From assembly GCF_000150275.1 (NCBI RefSeq), contig NW_002060968.1, positions 720,244 to 784,243 of the forward strand: a stretch of 64,000 bases of DNA. Direction: 5' to 3'. Positions 1 to 14,673 of this stretch are shown piece by piece. Position 1 is the first letter of the stretch. The number at the start of each line of letters is the position of its first letter. Source of the DNA: Trichoplax adhaerens (Eukaryota; Animalia; Placozoa). The translations under genes were made by a program, and so were the position numbers. The notes under the pieces are model-generated. The model worked only from the letters and a program-made list of their open reading frames with translations, was not told where the DNA came from and did no database searches.

Positions 1-3000
1 ATTTGTTGAAGACAATCTAATATATAAATACGTATAGAGAAAATAATAAGTCATTTCGGGATATTAATTAGTGCTTTTGTAGAATAATAGGAAAATTGAC
101 GAGCTTTGGGTTCAATTTGTAATGGAAGAAATTATAAGAAAGCCAACAAACTGATGTAATTAAAATTCCATATGCCCGACAATGAATCCTTTGCGAGCAT
201 GATCAAAACGTTTCGTACACCGCGGAAGAACCTTTCTTTCTTATTATTACTTTATTAACCATAGAATAGATACTATCAAATTCTGGCTAATATTTTTGTG
301 TATAATACTAATACTAATATTTTTGTATATAATACAATATTAAAATGACTTTAATACAATGTAAAACCAACAGGGATTCTAAATTAGATATAAAGAACTT
401 CTAACATTTTCTTAAAATTGAGTCAAACTGATACGAAAGAATTTAAATTTCAGATAAAAGAGAGATGCAAACATTTATGTATTCCTGAATCTTAGTTCAT
501 AGTCTATAGTAAATTTCATAGATGATTAACGATAGATTACAACGTTAGTTTGGAATTATAACTCGTAAACGTGATTATTAGTACCTTCCAGCTAGTCAAT
601 GATAAATAAAAAAATTTTATATCGCCTATTTGTTAATAAAAGCAATAAAGTCATCAAAATATCACAAAAGTAAATATTGCTGTATGCTATGCTAATAATC
701 ACAGTGTTGATATCGGAAACAGAAGGCCTTATTATGTTTGTTCACTATCTGCATTTAATTGATTACGATTACAAACACATAATTTAGCTTAGAATTAACA
801 CGCAACGTTCTACAAAATTTAAAGTATTTTCCTTATTCACGAATAGTAATAGAAGATTTATAAGCACGCAAGTTATCGATAGCAAATTTCATCTAGACTT
901 TCATTTCTTGCATAAACGAATTAATAGCGAAGAAATGAAGTACAGTCAAGGCGCTAAGTTTGAAAACAATTAATGCTGTACTTGATATTAGGACGGAAAT
1001 CAAAAAATAGTTAAATACTCTAGGATAGCCAACTTCGCACTACTGATTAAATAAGCTGAAAAGTAATAACTTTATGAAGAATATGGAAATATATTGTCTA
1101 CAGTTGAAAGTGCAACATGCCGATCAACGAGAGAAAAACAATGAAAATTGTTGACGCATTAATATGAAACCGTAACAATACACTAAATATTCTAGAAATT
1201 GAAAATAAGGTTAATAGATTTCAATGACGTCCAATAAAGGAACAGAAACGGTATGTATTTTTTTAGGAATTATGTACAAACAACGTGCAATAGTCAACTA
1301 GTCAATAACAATAATTAATTAAATCCGTAGTTAGGGTGGGCCCAACTAGTAATCAGTCTGGAATTGAAATATTATTGTTCTATAACCTCAGCAAACATAA
1401 TTAACTGTTCTTTATGTTGAAAATATAGCAAAATTCAGAAGAGGCAATAAAAAATTCATTCACTTTGGATACGGCAATAATTTCTATTGCGTATGTTAAA
1501 CTAATATTAATTGAAGACCGGAACCTTTAAATTTAATATATAGATAATAACCAGTGTTTGAAGTGCTTAGATTAGGATTACTGTCATTATTCATATAACA
1601 TCTTGGTTGAGTTTAGTAAAATTAATTAATCGTATATGTGCCTTTAAATTCGTGAATGTAAAAAATGAATGTGTAAATAAGATTTGCATCTTCAAGAAGA
1701 GCCTGTGAAGTTTCATCTTTATGAATAGAATATTTCATTGAAGTATATTAGTTTTTTTAATATTCAAAAAGATTAGATTTGTACTAGCCACTTTTACGTA
1801 ACTGAGTTATTAAGAGGAATCAGAGAAGAAACTAATATTTTATATATAAAAATGAACTGAGATGCAAGAACTTTTCGAATACGGTATGATCGAAGTCTCA
1901 TCCTTACGAATGAAAATTTATGTTACATTGCTAAAATATTTATCGATTTAAGCCAATTATATTGACTGCAATTCCTATTAATTTTTAAATTTAGCAATGA
2001 TACAATCAATTCTTTATAATATATGGTACGGCAGTCTCTATAGATTGATATGATTCAGTATATTACATGTTCAGCTTGACATGGTTTTTTAAGTCGCTAA
2101 ACAAAATACTGCACTATGTTTAATGTTATTTTCAAGTCTCTAACGACTGAAACTGTCACCCAGTAACTACGGCTATAAATTCCTACTGAATTTAATCATG
2201 ATTAAGCGTACCTCTTTCTTCCTTTTATATCATGCTCGAATAAATATCGTATGGATTTATGGGATTAACGTATGCCTACTGCTATAATATGATCATTGTG
2301 ACCAACTAAATTACAGCCATAGCGCTTTTTGTGTAACTATTTAGGGATAAAATAATCTTTACGTAATTATGCAAAGTGAAGATGTTTCATGATGTGGGTA
2401 AAAATTTGCATGATTATTACATAATATAAATTTCAAAGTTAATATCTAGTTTGACTTGTGAAACCAGTCTTGTGTGTCTGGGAAACGGCTCCTAAGAGAA
2501 CATGGCCCCTAAATTTATTTTCTTTATAACTTAAATGTAATCTTCGAGCTATTCCCATTTTCCACAATTCTCAAGCAAAATAAATAAATCATATTTTTCA
2601 ATTACTCGAAACAAACACTCCCTGAAATAGTTTTCTGAGCTATGATTAAAATGCAGTAAAATCAGATTAGACCGATAGAATCACTTGGAAACTATCATGA
2701 TTTCTTTCCACATTTTTGTCAATAGTAAAGAATCGAATTTGTTGACTAAAACTTTATTAGACTGACAAGCAGTCACATTATATATGTTTATGGCAAAGAT
2801 TATCAAAGACTATACGGATATATTGCAGTTTTTGATAAAGAAAACTAATCCCTAGAATAAAAAAATTTAAGAAGAAGTCGAAGCTTTCGCGATGTTATTG
2901 TCATACTGTTTTTTTCTTGACACTTTTTCACAGATTTGAAAGTTTAAATAAAAACTATAGCATTTACAGTACTGTATCTATTCCTATAATCGACATATGA

Positions 3001-5682
3001 AAGTAATCTTTCTTCTATTGGCATTGTTATATTACGTAAAGCCGTAAATTTACGATAAATACTTTAATTAAAAATTTCTTAAGAACTGAGCTCTCAAGAT
3101 GGGTATTAGCCTCTGTTTTTGATCTTGATGTCATGGAATTCCTATTACGGAAAGTGCTGGCATTTTCATAACGGATTTTGGGAGTATTATCAGAGAATTA
3201 AGCCCAAAATCTCATAACTGCGAATAATGACTTCATGTATAATTTAGTGCAGCGGTATGATTAAATTGGCTTTTATAAATATGAAAACCCCTTAGCCTCA
3301 ATATTAATTTATTATCGTATCAGTCGAACTATTGCACCAACCATAATTCAGTTTCTACAGTTCATATACTATATGCCTGCTATTCCCATAAATTTCATAG
3401 TTTGTTCGGCAATTCCGTAATGAAGGTTAAAAATACATTTAAATGGACAATTGGCGTACTGGTACTTATAATTAGCATAGTTATCTAACTGGCACCAGGC
3501 AATTTTACTTTTCGGTTAAGTGAACAGAAGAAACGAATCCTATTGCACTGTTTCAGAACTTTTCCCAATACCTAACTAATCATATAATGATATTACCAAT
3601 ACACTTAAATTTGAATTTTTTAATTTGAATTATTGAAATTATGGCATTTTACGAGTACATTATCTATAACAGTTTTGAATAAAGAATTCAAGTGAAGCAA
3701 CTTGCTGTCTTTAAAGATTTAAATGAAGTAGTATACAGATTTGGAAGTTAATAGATAGTACCGTATTCATCCAGACATTTATCTAGCCCATTATGTGTTT
3801 ATAAGAAAATTTGAGGTTCCATATTGTAAATTTCTCCAAGTAAATTACTCGTAGTAAAGGTTACCGCATTAGCTTAATTACTTTTCCAGCTACTTAAAAT
3901 TCCACCAATTTAACCTGGACCATTTTTTTAGCTATCTAAATTTTACAATTTAATTGTTCTAGAGTCTAGTTCGAATAAAATTTGATTGTTTAAATGACTG
4001 CCACAATGCTATTGAAATATAGAATCAGGTTAAATCAAAGGCTCAATAACAGACCATATCTAATTTGATTTTTATAGAAGCAAAAAGTTCGATATAAAAA
4101 ATTCTGATATTATCGAAAAATTTTTCAAATTCAGTATTCCGGTACTAATATTGTGATAAGTGTTCAGTTCTTGAAACATTTTATATAATTCGTTATTCAT
4201 TCTATGGATGACTTTTACTGAATATATTTTATAAGACAGCATGAAATTACTTCGGATGAGAGTATGATTTACTGGAGTAACTGAAGATTGACATTTTTAA
4301 GCAGTTTCTATTAGAGTATAGAATCTAGAAAAATCTTCTTAAAAGTACATTCATTATTAAAAGTATTAGTACTGTAACGATAAAGAGAATTTGAGAATGT
4401 ATTTAATATTTGGAACCATGAAAATTAAAATAACTAAAAAAAATAATCTGTAGACTGTAAAAAATACTTTGTAGAAAGGACTGATTATAATTATCAATAC
4501 AACTCTGATTAATTGGATATGAAAGCAATTAGAACGGTCTTGAAAAATTCTCTGTAAATATTGGTAGTGATACATGATCATGCATCAATAAATATATAGG
4601 CTCGCGAGGATAAATAGAATTTTTTATAGACTATAGGCTCATCAAAAAAATACGATATATAAGTAATGACTAGAAAGGTCACAGTTTTTCCAGTAGCTGA
4701 TGCAATATTAATTTCGTGTCCGTCAAGCTGCAAGAGACCAATCATACATGCATCATCATACTATTCTCTAGTTGGAATTTTTAGCGTTGCATTCTAGTTT
4801 ACTGATCTATCTAAGAATTTGTGGGTGAGATTATTTATTGTTATGATGAATAGGTTAACTTATTTCAATAACATCGTCTATAAGATATATATGATTTCTG
4901 AATTCTTGTCAATTAAAGTTAGGCCAACAAAGGAAAAATTTTCCATTGTTTTTATATAGCAGCGTTAATATCTTCCTTTATCAGGTGATCTTTATTTTAA
5001 GGAATTAATGACTAAACCAGTCAGGCATAATACTTTTCTTCTCAATGTACGAATAAACTTTTAAAATAGAATAAAATTGATTCTTCTTTTTAACTGCGAA
5101 TCTGGATTACTAGTAATGTCTAGTTGTCATCATTCAAGTATTTTAAAAGACATCAAGCTGTTGTCAAAAGAGCAACTTTTTTCAAATCAGAAAAGAAATC
5201 AATTTATTTGTAACTGAGTAATGTAGTAGAAATTATAAATACATTTCCATTACTGATTTGGTGAAATTTAAGAATCTGCAAAGTATACTTTAATTTTCGA
5301 GTCGTAATATAATTTCAAAGATAGGATATCCTCGCTTCTAGTAGTTGGTTGGAATTTGGATCAATTCTAATTCTGTACTGATTTATATAAAATGATAGTA
5401 TTGCTAATGAATTTGTATATGTAAGGAAAATAGAGCAAATTGACTATATAATTCAATTTATTATCTGGTAACATTCTAGGTACTATACAAATGAAATTAC
5501 TTATGATTCTACTATAATGGTACTGATTTAGCAACATGACCCGTCAAGTCTATAGCATAGACGAAAAAATTTGATTTAACCAAGTCGTAACGTTTATTTA
5601 ACCAGTTTTATGAATACCAGGTGATGATGAAGCAGTTGTTGACAATTTAATAGTACTGTATGAATATTTAGTTTAGGATCAT

Positions 5683-6312
5683 TGTCACAAAACAGCTTTG
5701 CAACAAGATAACGTAATCTACGATCAATAAGTCAATTCCTTGAACCACGTATCAAGGAACGATATCTGCACTATCACAGGCACTTTTGCTCTACTAGCAG
5801 ACTACACAAAGACTTAAACGCCTCGTATTTTACGTTAAACACTAAGTTTGAGAATTCTCTTTATTTCACGATATACTGCATTTATATACTATTCCTTAAT
5901 AGTTCATGAGTCATAGTTAGTACGATTAACTTTGGAATCATTTACTGAATTAGATATTAATTTTAGCTACTGCTCCCTTAATGCAGACAACAATATTTAC
6001 CAATATAGACATGTAATGACTAATACAGAATAGTCAGATTACGATATGTCCTATCACGGAACATTTCCATGATAATTTACAATCTACCATAAGTAAGTTA
6101 CAATCACAATGATTGGAACTGTAAGTAGATGATTTGCATTCCCTATTATAACTATTAATTTCAGTATGTGTATAAGTGTCACTGAGATAAAAAGTCAGAG
6201 CTATATTAAAACACAGTATATCCAAATTAGAAGTCAACTAAATAAGGATAGTCTAACAGAATTATCCTAACATAGTTATTTCTACACTAATACAGTATAT
6301 AATACTGTAACA
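5683..6312 (-). mobile_element. Solo LTR, family A (~630 bp), copy 1
   Basis: TGTCACA...TGTAACA termini, near-identical to copies at 11714, 54414 and 62200. On the minus strand TATATAAA is followed ~15 nt later by AATAAA, an LTR-like layout. The flanks ATCAT/ATTAC match only 3/5, so the TSD is degenerate. Confidence 0.8.
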
Positions 6313-6589
6313 ATTACCTATAGCCTTTCATGAATTTCCACTCTTCGTTACTCATAAAATTTTTCTAGCTATTATTAGTTGAGTATTACAGCAGCTCTTG
6401 TCTTTTAAATTCAGACATTTCCATACAATAAGCAAAACGAAAAATATCTGACAAACCAAGATGTTGTGTTTTCTTAATAATTTTTATGAATTCTAGGAGA
6501 TGAGGAGGCGATTGGAAAAAACTTCATGATATGAATATTTAATTTAACATTACGATACTCTTATTAATAAATCTCTACACTTGATCGCT

Positions 6590-6970
6590 CATAAAATTGT
6601 TCTAGCTTAATTTATGTACAAATGCAGCGATGAGAAATCAAACAGTTGAAAGCTATTAGATGATAATTCATTTCCAACTTAATCAAACAAAATATCCATA
6701 GCCCAATTTATGTACAATTTCAGCGATAAAAAATCTACCGTATGATTGCTATTATTTAATGATTAATTTCCATACCTCAACCAAATAGAAATTACTTTTT
6801 AGTTTAACTTATCTACGAATAACTTAATGAGAAATCTAATGGATGATTGCTAATAGTTGATGATTAATTTCCCTACTTAATTAAACAGAAACTAATTCTA
6901 GCTTTATTTATGCACGAATACAGCGATAAAAAATTTTACGAATACTATTAGTTGATGATTAGTACGATAG
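6590..6970. repeat. Degenerate tandem repeat, ~100-bp period, ~4 copies
   Basis: The motif ttctagctt..tttatg(t/c)ac..at.cagcgat.a.aaat...ctatta..tgatgatta recurs near 6600, 6700, 6800 and 6897. Confidence 0.55.
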
Positions 6971-9829
6971 CTCTTGACAGTAAAATTCTAATATTTTCGC
7001 CTTATAAGTCGAATAATACTAGTGTAAGTAGCTTGATTTGAAATTGAGTTCTACTTTTGACTTTTGATCAGTAGAAGAAAATAATTATAACCGTAAATGA
7101 AATAAAATAGCGACTAGCGTGTTGACTTTCAATCCCTAACTGAAATAAACACCTTGAATAATGAACGAAATAGCAACAATGACTTCATCCGCTCATTTGC
7201 TAATTATTAACGACTAGTATTTGATATTGCGTAGGACTACAATGAAGATTAAGATGGTGCTGCATTTATTAAAGTAAATAAATAAACATTAATTTAATAA
7301 TGATTTTATATCGATTGGTTTTATGTCAAGTCGATGTAGAAATTAGCTTTCTACGGTTGTATGACATTTAAAATAGAAATGTACCTGAACGCTTAATGAC
7401 TGTTGTTGATCGAAAATTTAACATTTTTGCTTATGGTGTTCATAGCATCATCAAAGTTTACTAGAGTTTAGGTCAAGACATTAAGAGATGAGAAATGTAA
7501 ATATTCAAAGGTAATTATATAAGTGCAAACCCTCAAATATAACTGCAGTTAGTGAAAGTTTACGCAGTTAGATCTCTGCAGTAATAGTTGATCATTTCCT
7601 TTGTTATTGCATTCCAAAATTGAGAAATTTAAATGTTCAAAGGCCGGTATATAAGTGTAAGCCATCCAAGTACGGTTGCAAGTAGTATAATGGAGCACAT
7701 CTATACTATTACGGCACTGCAAAGATGTTCTAAGTACCGAATAAACTGTCAGGCTATGTTTAATTTAGGTTATATAGATCAGGCATGTAGTTTATTTTGC
7801 CTAATTTATAACTCATGAAATCAGTGTGTTAATGTTGGCTAAATTATGTCTTAAGCAATGAGACAAACTACTATCAGCAAGAAGAATAGTTATCTATATC
7901 TATCTTTTATAGATGGTCTCTTTAATTTATCCGAATTAATGGTAGTAAATTAACCATCTGCATACACACTAGAACTTTCATTTATGATTCTATTGTCCTT
8001 GCCCCTTTTTACGTTGATAGGGAAATGGCTAACTATGACGTAGAGTTTCGTCCTTAAAATTATCTTACAATAATGATTCAAGATTAGTCAATTTTGTTTA
8101 ATTTGTTAAGATGAACCAGGAAATCAGTCCCCAAATTTATCCAATACCATTATATATTCAGTGCGTAAAATATATTTATGGTCTGATAATTTCCGATATT
8201 GAAAACTGAGACTAAGAAACGACAAAATGTAAAAGTTACAGAATTTGATTTATAGCTGCTCATTAATATCATTCCTAACATTCTTAGAACTTTTAATTCC
8301 AATTAAAGAAACTTAGCCCTCTACTATTGGATTTACTTTAATCAATACCGGTAGCAGATATCGTATGACATGAGCTTTCTATCATTGAAGGTGGCTTTAG
8401 GAACTACAGTACAATAATGGTGTTGGATAATCTAAAAGAACAAACAGCACGATTTTCATCAGTTATTACAGGGTGTTATTGATATTGATTTAGTAAAAGG
8501 ATGATCTTTATGTCGATACAAGACGTTGATAATTTCGAGCTTGAGTATTTCTTAAAAATAGGATAAGATTGATAAACTATTACGGTTTCTAGCACACAGT
8601 AGATGTTTAAGGAATGAATAATTTTAATAATTTCCTGAACGCTACATTTTGTTCAGTAATTTTGTTCGTCGAAGTCAATTACGTAATTATGATTTGCAAT
8701 ACCATTAAGAGAGCTCTATCATGAATTTTTGAAAAGGAAAGCTTCTACATATATTTGGATAAATTTAAGACGCTTAAATATAGTGAATTAGTATTTTAAT
8801 TAAGTAATAAAATTTCTTACCAAAGTACTTCAATTTAATTATGTCGAAATGGCATGAACTTTGATGGTCCAGAAGACTTTGAGTACGTTTTGCATAAGAA
8901 AATCAATATTATTGAACATAGCTTGATCTATCGGAAGGATTCATGATTCTTATTATATCCGGTGATTTTATGGCATGACATTCAGAAATACTTCATCTGT
9001 CAGTAATTGAAACAGCAAAGAATAAATAGCAAAATATCAGAAAGTACCTTTTTGTATGCAGAAAACATTGGGAAATTAACATGACTAATAACACTTTCCG
9101 GCTATATGACAGCTACGAACAGTGAGTGCTTTTCCAATAATAGATTAAAATTTTTCTGAATAAGATAAATCCAGTCCACTAATTTATTAAACGATCTAAA
9201 TTAATTTATATATCAAATTAAGCGATACATTCGCTCTTGTTTATGATTCTAGTGCTAAGTATCAACCATCTTTACAGACGATAATACACATGATTAAGGA
9301 CGAGATAACCATTTAAGGCAGTCAATGAAGGCATTCTCCCAAATTAATTAAATCAATTCCTTTGTTGTTATTACCAAGAACGAACCTACTATCATCAGTA
9401 TTGGCCATTAAAACTGCTTTTCGTTTAGATTGACAGTGACTGTCAGTGCAATTAGGTTAGTTGATACTTTTACTATTCTATTCATTTAAGTTATAATGAT
9501 ATTGGTACCATATTCTGTTGGTTGTTCTTGAAGTGAGATAAATTGAATTTTTGTTGTTTGCTTACCAGCAGGTATTGAAAGATTTAATATTCAACAAAGT
9601 AAGCTATTCAATAAAATTAGCTGATTTGGAGGGGGGATATTGCTACAGATTTAAATTTCTCGAAACGGACTATTTAAGCAAAGCCAAGCTAGCACGTATG
9701 ATTTGAGTTTCTGCTTATTCTAAGTTATGGAGCATATTGTAAATCTGATTTCAGATTTTAATTTTCTGGAACAAACTCACTACTTCAGAGTATTAAATAT
9801 TGAGGACAGGTCATGATTAATAATAATAA

Positions 9830-11400
9830 GATAGAGCACATGCTTGAAATTAACTCTCGATCATGATTGGCCGAACAGACTGTTTAATTTAAGATCCATA
9901 AATATAGAGTACAGTGCAAGACTTTGTTATAAAAACAGAGTACATGCCATGAATTTGTTCTTGATCATTACTCGCTGAAATAGACCGTCTAAATTAAGAT
10001 CCTTAAATATAGCGCACAGTGCTTCTGCTTTATAATAAAATATAGTACTTGCCACGAATTTGCTCTCGATCACCATTTGCCGACATAGACTGTCTAATTG
10101 ATATCTTTAATTATAGAATGCGCTACTATACTGTGCAATAAAATAAAGTATTTGCTACGAATTTACTCTTGATCATCTTCGACAGAAACAAACTGTTTAA
10201 TCGAAGAGCCGTAATTATAAAGTTCAGTACAGTACTTTTACTTTATAAAATAGTGAATCACTTTCTATTTATTCTTGATCCTTACTCGCCGAAATAGACT
10301 GTCTAGTTAAGATTTTTAAATATGGAGCACAGTACTATTCTTTGCAATAATATCTAGTACTTGCTACTCATTTTTTTCTCCATCAATTTTCGCCAAAGTA
10401 AAACATTTAATAAAGTCGCTAAATTATTATCCACTACAGTACTATACTTCTCGATAAATTAGAGTACTTTTTACGAATTTGCCATAGATCATCAATCGTC
10501 TATAGACTGTCCAATTAAGATCCTTAAATGTTCAGTATAAATATATAGTTTGTATTAAAACAGAGTGGGCGCTTGCTGTAAATCTAGTCTTGATCATTAT
10601 TCATAGAAATAGACTGTCTAATTAAGTTGTTTAAATAGTAAAATATTGAGTATACAACTATGCTTTATAGTAGAATATAATAAAACGTTCGCTACTAATT
10701 TACTCGTGATCTTCATTCACCGAAATAGACTGTCTAATTAAGATCTTTAAATGTAGAGTACGGGCTTTGCTATGAGTTTGGTCATTATCATCTTTCCCTA
10801 AGTTTGATTGTCTAATTAAGTTCCTTAAATATAGAATACTGTCCTATGCTTGGTAATAAAATAGAGTTGTGCATTGATTCTTAATCATTATTTGCCGAAA
10901 AAGACCTAATAATTAAGTTCATTAATTATAGAGTAGATTACTTGCCACACATTTGCTGGAGATCATTATTCACCGAAACAGACTGTTTTAGTTAAATCAT
11001 TGAATAAGAATACTAAACATTACTACCGCCACTGAGTAATAAAATAAAGTATTTGTTATAGATTTACTCTTGATTGCATCGTTCACCGAAACGAAATTTT
11101 TAGAGATGTTGAAATAACAAGTACAGTGCTATGGTTTGTAGTAAAATAGAGTACTAACTACTAATTTTTTATTGTTCTCGATTCGCTGAAAAAGACTTAC
11201 TCATCGAAACTGTTTAATACAATTCAGCAAGTAATAAAATATGGTGCATGTTATTATAAATTTTCTTTATATCTTCACTAATTTCCCTCAAACAGACTCT
11301 TGTAGTTGAGACTAGAAACTATACTATTAACTGATTTGTAATAGAAGAAAGTAACAGTTAAGAATTTGTTTTAGCACTTAATTCACTGAAAAAACGGCAT
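9830..11400. repeat. Degenerate satellite, ~105-bp unit, ~14-15 copies
   Basis: The core tcttgatcattattc.ccgaaatagactgtctaattaagat..ttaaatatagagtac recurs at ~9875, 9980, 10085, 10187, 10293, 10397, 10503, 10609, 10725 and onward to ~11290. Confidence 0.85.
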
Positions 11401-11713
11401 TTACAAAATAATGTAATGTGTGCTGCATGGTATACTTTCCATCATTTGATTAGATATTTATTTTCTCTCTCTATATATATTTATACTAAATCGACATTGA
11501 AAATAATTTTAATTTTACGACACCTGATTAGGCTGAAACAACGTAAGTAATATTGTTGTTACTCTGTTAAAAACGACTGTCCTTCTATGAAGAAATTTAA
11601 ATTAAAGTAATGTCTTTGTAATATTTCATTTAAGTACTGGATTTTGATCGATACCAAGCGCTACTGACAACAGATACAACTTGGGGATTTTTTTGTCACT
11701 ATCAAATAAGCGT

Positions 11714-12482
11714 TGTCACAAAACAGCTTTGTAACAAGATAACGTAATGTACGATCAATAAGTCAATTCCTTGAACCACGTATCAAGGAACGATATCTGC
11801 ACTGTCCTAAACACTTTTGCTCTACTAGCAGACTACACAAAGACTTAAACGCCTCGTATTTTACATTAAACACTAAGTTTGAGAATCCACTTTATTACCC
11901 GATATACTGCATTTATATACTATTCCTCAATAGTTCATGAGTCATAGTTAGTACGATTAGCTTTGGAATCATTTACTGAATTAGATATTAATTTTAGCTA
12001 CTGCTCCCTTAATGCAGACGACAGTATTTACGAACAAAGACATCTGATGACTAATACAGAATAGTCAGATTACGATATGTTCTATCACGGAACATTTCCA
12101 TGATAATTTACAGTCTACCATAAGTAAATTACAATCACAATGATTGTAACTGTAAGCAGATGATTTGCATTCCCTATTATAACTATTAATTTCAGTATGT
12201 GTACAAGTGTCACTGTGATAAAAAGTCAGTGCTATATTAAAATACAGTATATCCAAATTAGAAGTTAACTAAATAAGGATAGTCTAACAGAATTATCCTA
12301 ACATTGATATTTCTACTGTAATACAGTATTTAACACTGTAACAAAGTGTCACTGAGATAAAAAGTCAGAGCTATATTAAAACGCAGTATGTCCAAGTTAG
12401 AAGTCAACTAAATAAGGATAGGCTAACAGAATTATCCTAACATAGATATTTCTACTCTAATACAGTACATAACACTATCACA
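11714..12482 (-). mobile_element. Solo LTR, family A, copy 2, with tandem duplication of its terminal 139 bp
   Basis: Starts TGTCACA, has an internal TGTAACA at 12337-12343, then repeats the last segment (12344-12482). Perfect 5-bp TSD AGCGT at 11709-11713 and 12483-12487. Confidence 0.9.
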
Positions 12483-12510
12483 AGCGTAAGTAATTGCAAA
12501 TATATAGGTA

Positions 12511-13235
12511 CTAGTGCAAACTCCCGTCGCTTTGCTGACGGTTTACGATAATGTGCTCATTTAACAGATAGTATTACCATTTGATAGACCTGTCAGACGT
12601 TCAGTAACTTTTTTCCGTTATCCGTGTACTGCATGCTGTACAAAAGTACAGTACTGTTAATTGTACGGGCGGGGCATTTGATAACGTACCCATTTGTTAA
12701 TAATTAATAGTTAGTATTACCATTCGACATTATATATATCCCGGTAATAGCCGGGCACTACAGTATATTCACAGCTATGCTTGTAGAATACTACTTTTCA
12801 ATAATGCATTCACGGATGAAACCTTATTACAGTCTTTGATAGTAATTCGGCAATTATAATATCTGCTCTACATATCCTAATGTGAAGAATAATGCTACTA
12901 TATGAATTTTTTTGATAAGCGATTACTGTGATCTTCATAAAAAGCGAATTTTTCCGGATTTGTGTTTGATATAGTTTTCGGATTCTGGGACCGGTCGGGT
13001 TTGTGTCCGATATAATTTTCCTGTTTTGGAACCGGTCGGGTTTATTTTTAATTTATGTCTGAATTATAATTTTTCTGTTTTAATTTTTGGATTTTTGTTC
13101 ATGAAAAATATCGTAAGAGTTGATTTTTGAGATTTGGACTTTTTGTTATGAATTTGANACTTTGGAATTTTATGACGTTACTTGAAGTCACATTAGGAGA
13201 TTTAGTGAGGAAAATAGAAAATAAGATGGAAATTG
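12511..13235 (-). mobile_element. Helitron (probably non-autonomous), 3' end; runs into the assembly gap
   Basis: Minus strand reads CCGTC-AGCAAAGC-GACGG (hairpin, 12524-12541), a short spacer, then CTAG followed by T. The empty site ggcA|Tgac is at 13603-13610, i.e. insertion between A and T with no TSD. Internal short repeats (accggtcgggttt) lie at ~12990 and ~13032. Confidence 0.75.
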
Positions 13236-13285
13236 NNNNNNNNNNNNNNNNNNNNNNNNNNNNNNNNNNNNNNNNNNNNNNNNNN
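13236..13285. other. Assembly gap (50 N)
   Basis: Run of N characters. Confidence 0.99.
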
Positions 13286-13578
13286 TTTCAGAATGTGTAT
13301 AAGTGTCACTGTCATAAAAAGTCAGTACTATATTAAAATACAGTATATCCAAATTAGAGGTTAACTAAATAAGGATAGTCTAATAGAATTATCCTAACAT
13401 AGATATTTCTACTGTAATACAGTATATAACACTGTAACAAAGTGTCACTGAGATAAAAAGTCAGAGCTATATTAAAACGCAGTATGTCCAAGTTAGAAGT
13501 CAACTAAATAAGGATAGGCTAACAGAATTATCCTAACATAGATATTTCTACTCTAATACAGTACATAACACTATCACA
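13286..13578 (-). mobile_element. Partial second version of family A LTR copy 2 (alternate haplotype or local duplication)
   Basis: Same terminal 139-bp duplication and same unique flank (agcg(t/a)aagtaattgcaaatatatagg) as ~12190-12508. Confidence 0.8.
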
Positions 13579-14673
13579 AGCGAAAGTAATTGCAAATATA
13601 TAGGCATGACGTTTTATGGCCGAAAATGAACATATTAAAATATTGAGTATACCGTATGTAAAGAAATTTTAATATAAATCTTTACCATAAATCTAGTTCT
13701 TCACTCTCTATACTTAAATAAGTCGATTTATCAAACTTGCAATCGAAATCTCAAGGCTAATTTATGAGCAAACATTCTATTGTAACTGTCAATCCCAGTA
13801 TCAGTTGTTAGCTAATCATATGCTACAATATCGACCAAATTAATTCTAAAAATTTGGTTGATAAAGTCCTGATAATAAGTGAGTGTAAATGACGTCGATT
13901 AGTAAAAAAGTAATCTCTTAGGATGCACGATCGATGCATCCCAATTCAGAACTTTCTAGTGATTTGATGATCATATTCATACAAGCAAACTGATATTATA
14001 CCTACCATTCAGTCTGTTAATGCAGTAACACAGAATATGTCTCTTTATCTTGACAGCTGTATTGGTCAATATATTTATGCAATGCATTCCGACGATATGA
14101 ACGTATTAGAGGATAAGATTCAACTTAAATGGAAATCTGTTGCGAAATGAAATATTCATTTAGACAGACGGGTTCTTACAAATATCAGGGACTGGCATTT
14201 ACTATACAGTAGCATTTTGTTTTATCTTGGATTAAGATTGATTTATTGGTTCTATTTCACTTCCATGTGAAAGAACCATCGGTACTGATATTGATATCAC
14301 TTGGTATAATCGTTAGCTCAGTATAACTTTCATCTTTTCATTGCAGTTGATAAAGTATTGAAATCGCACGGATAATCGTTACTTTAATATGAATTTAATA
14401 AAATATTCATATACATACTATTTTCTATTGCTCTTACTGTACACCTATTAATATGGAACATAAGTTTCTTTATCAAAGAATGAATAGCAAGATATTTTAA
14501 ACTATTCCACACTTGATTCGTTTCCTTATATATTACTTAAAGAAAGAGTTGGTTTTTCTAATATTTTCATAGATTTACTGTGTTCTACGGTAATCGCATT
14601 ACTAATAGATCTAATATCATAATTCAAATTACTATCTTACTAAAGTTGTTGACAAGTAATTTATATTTCTTCA

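Noticed and set aside
6034-6237. 63-67 aa ORF (DILCFNIALTF...) recurring at 6034, 12065, 54765 and 62552
   Set aside because: It lies inside the family A LTR and starts at TTG. Its recurrence is explained by the high nucleotide identity of the copies.
13127-13336. ORF spanning the N run
   Set aside because: Artefact of the assembly gap.
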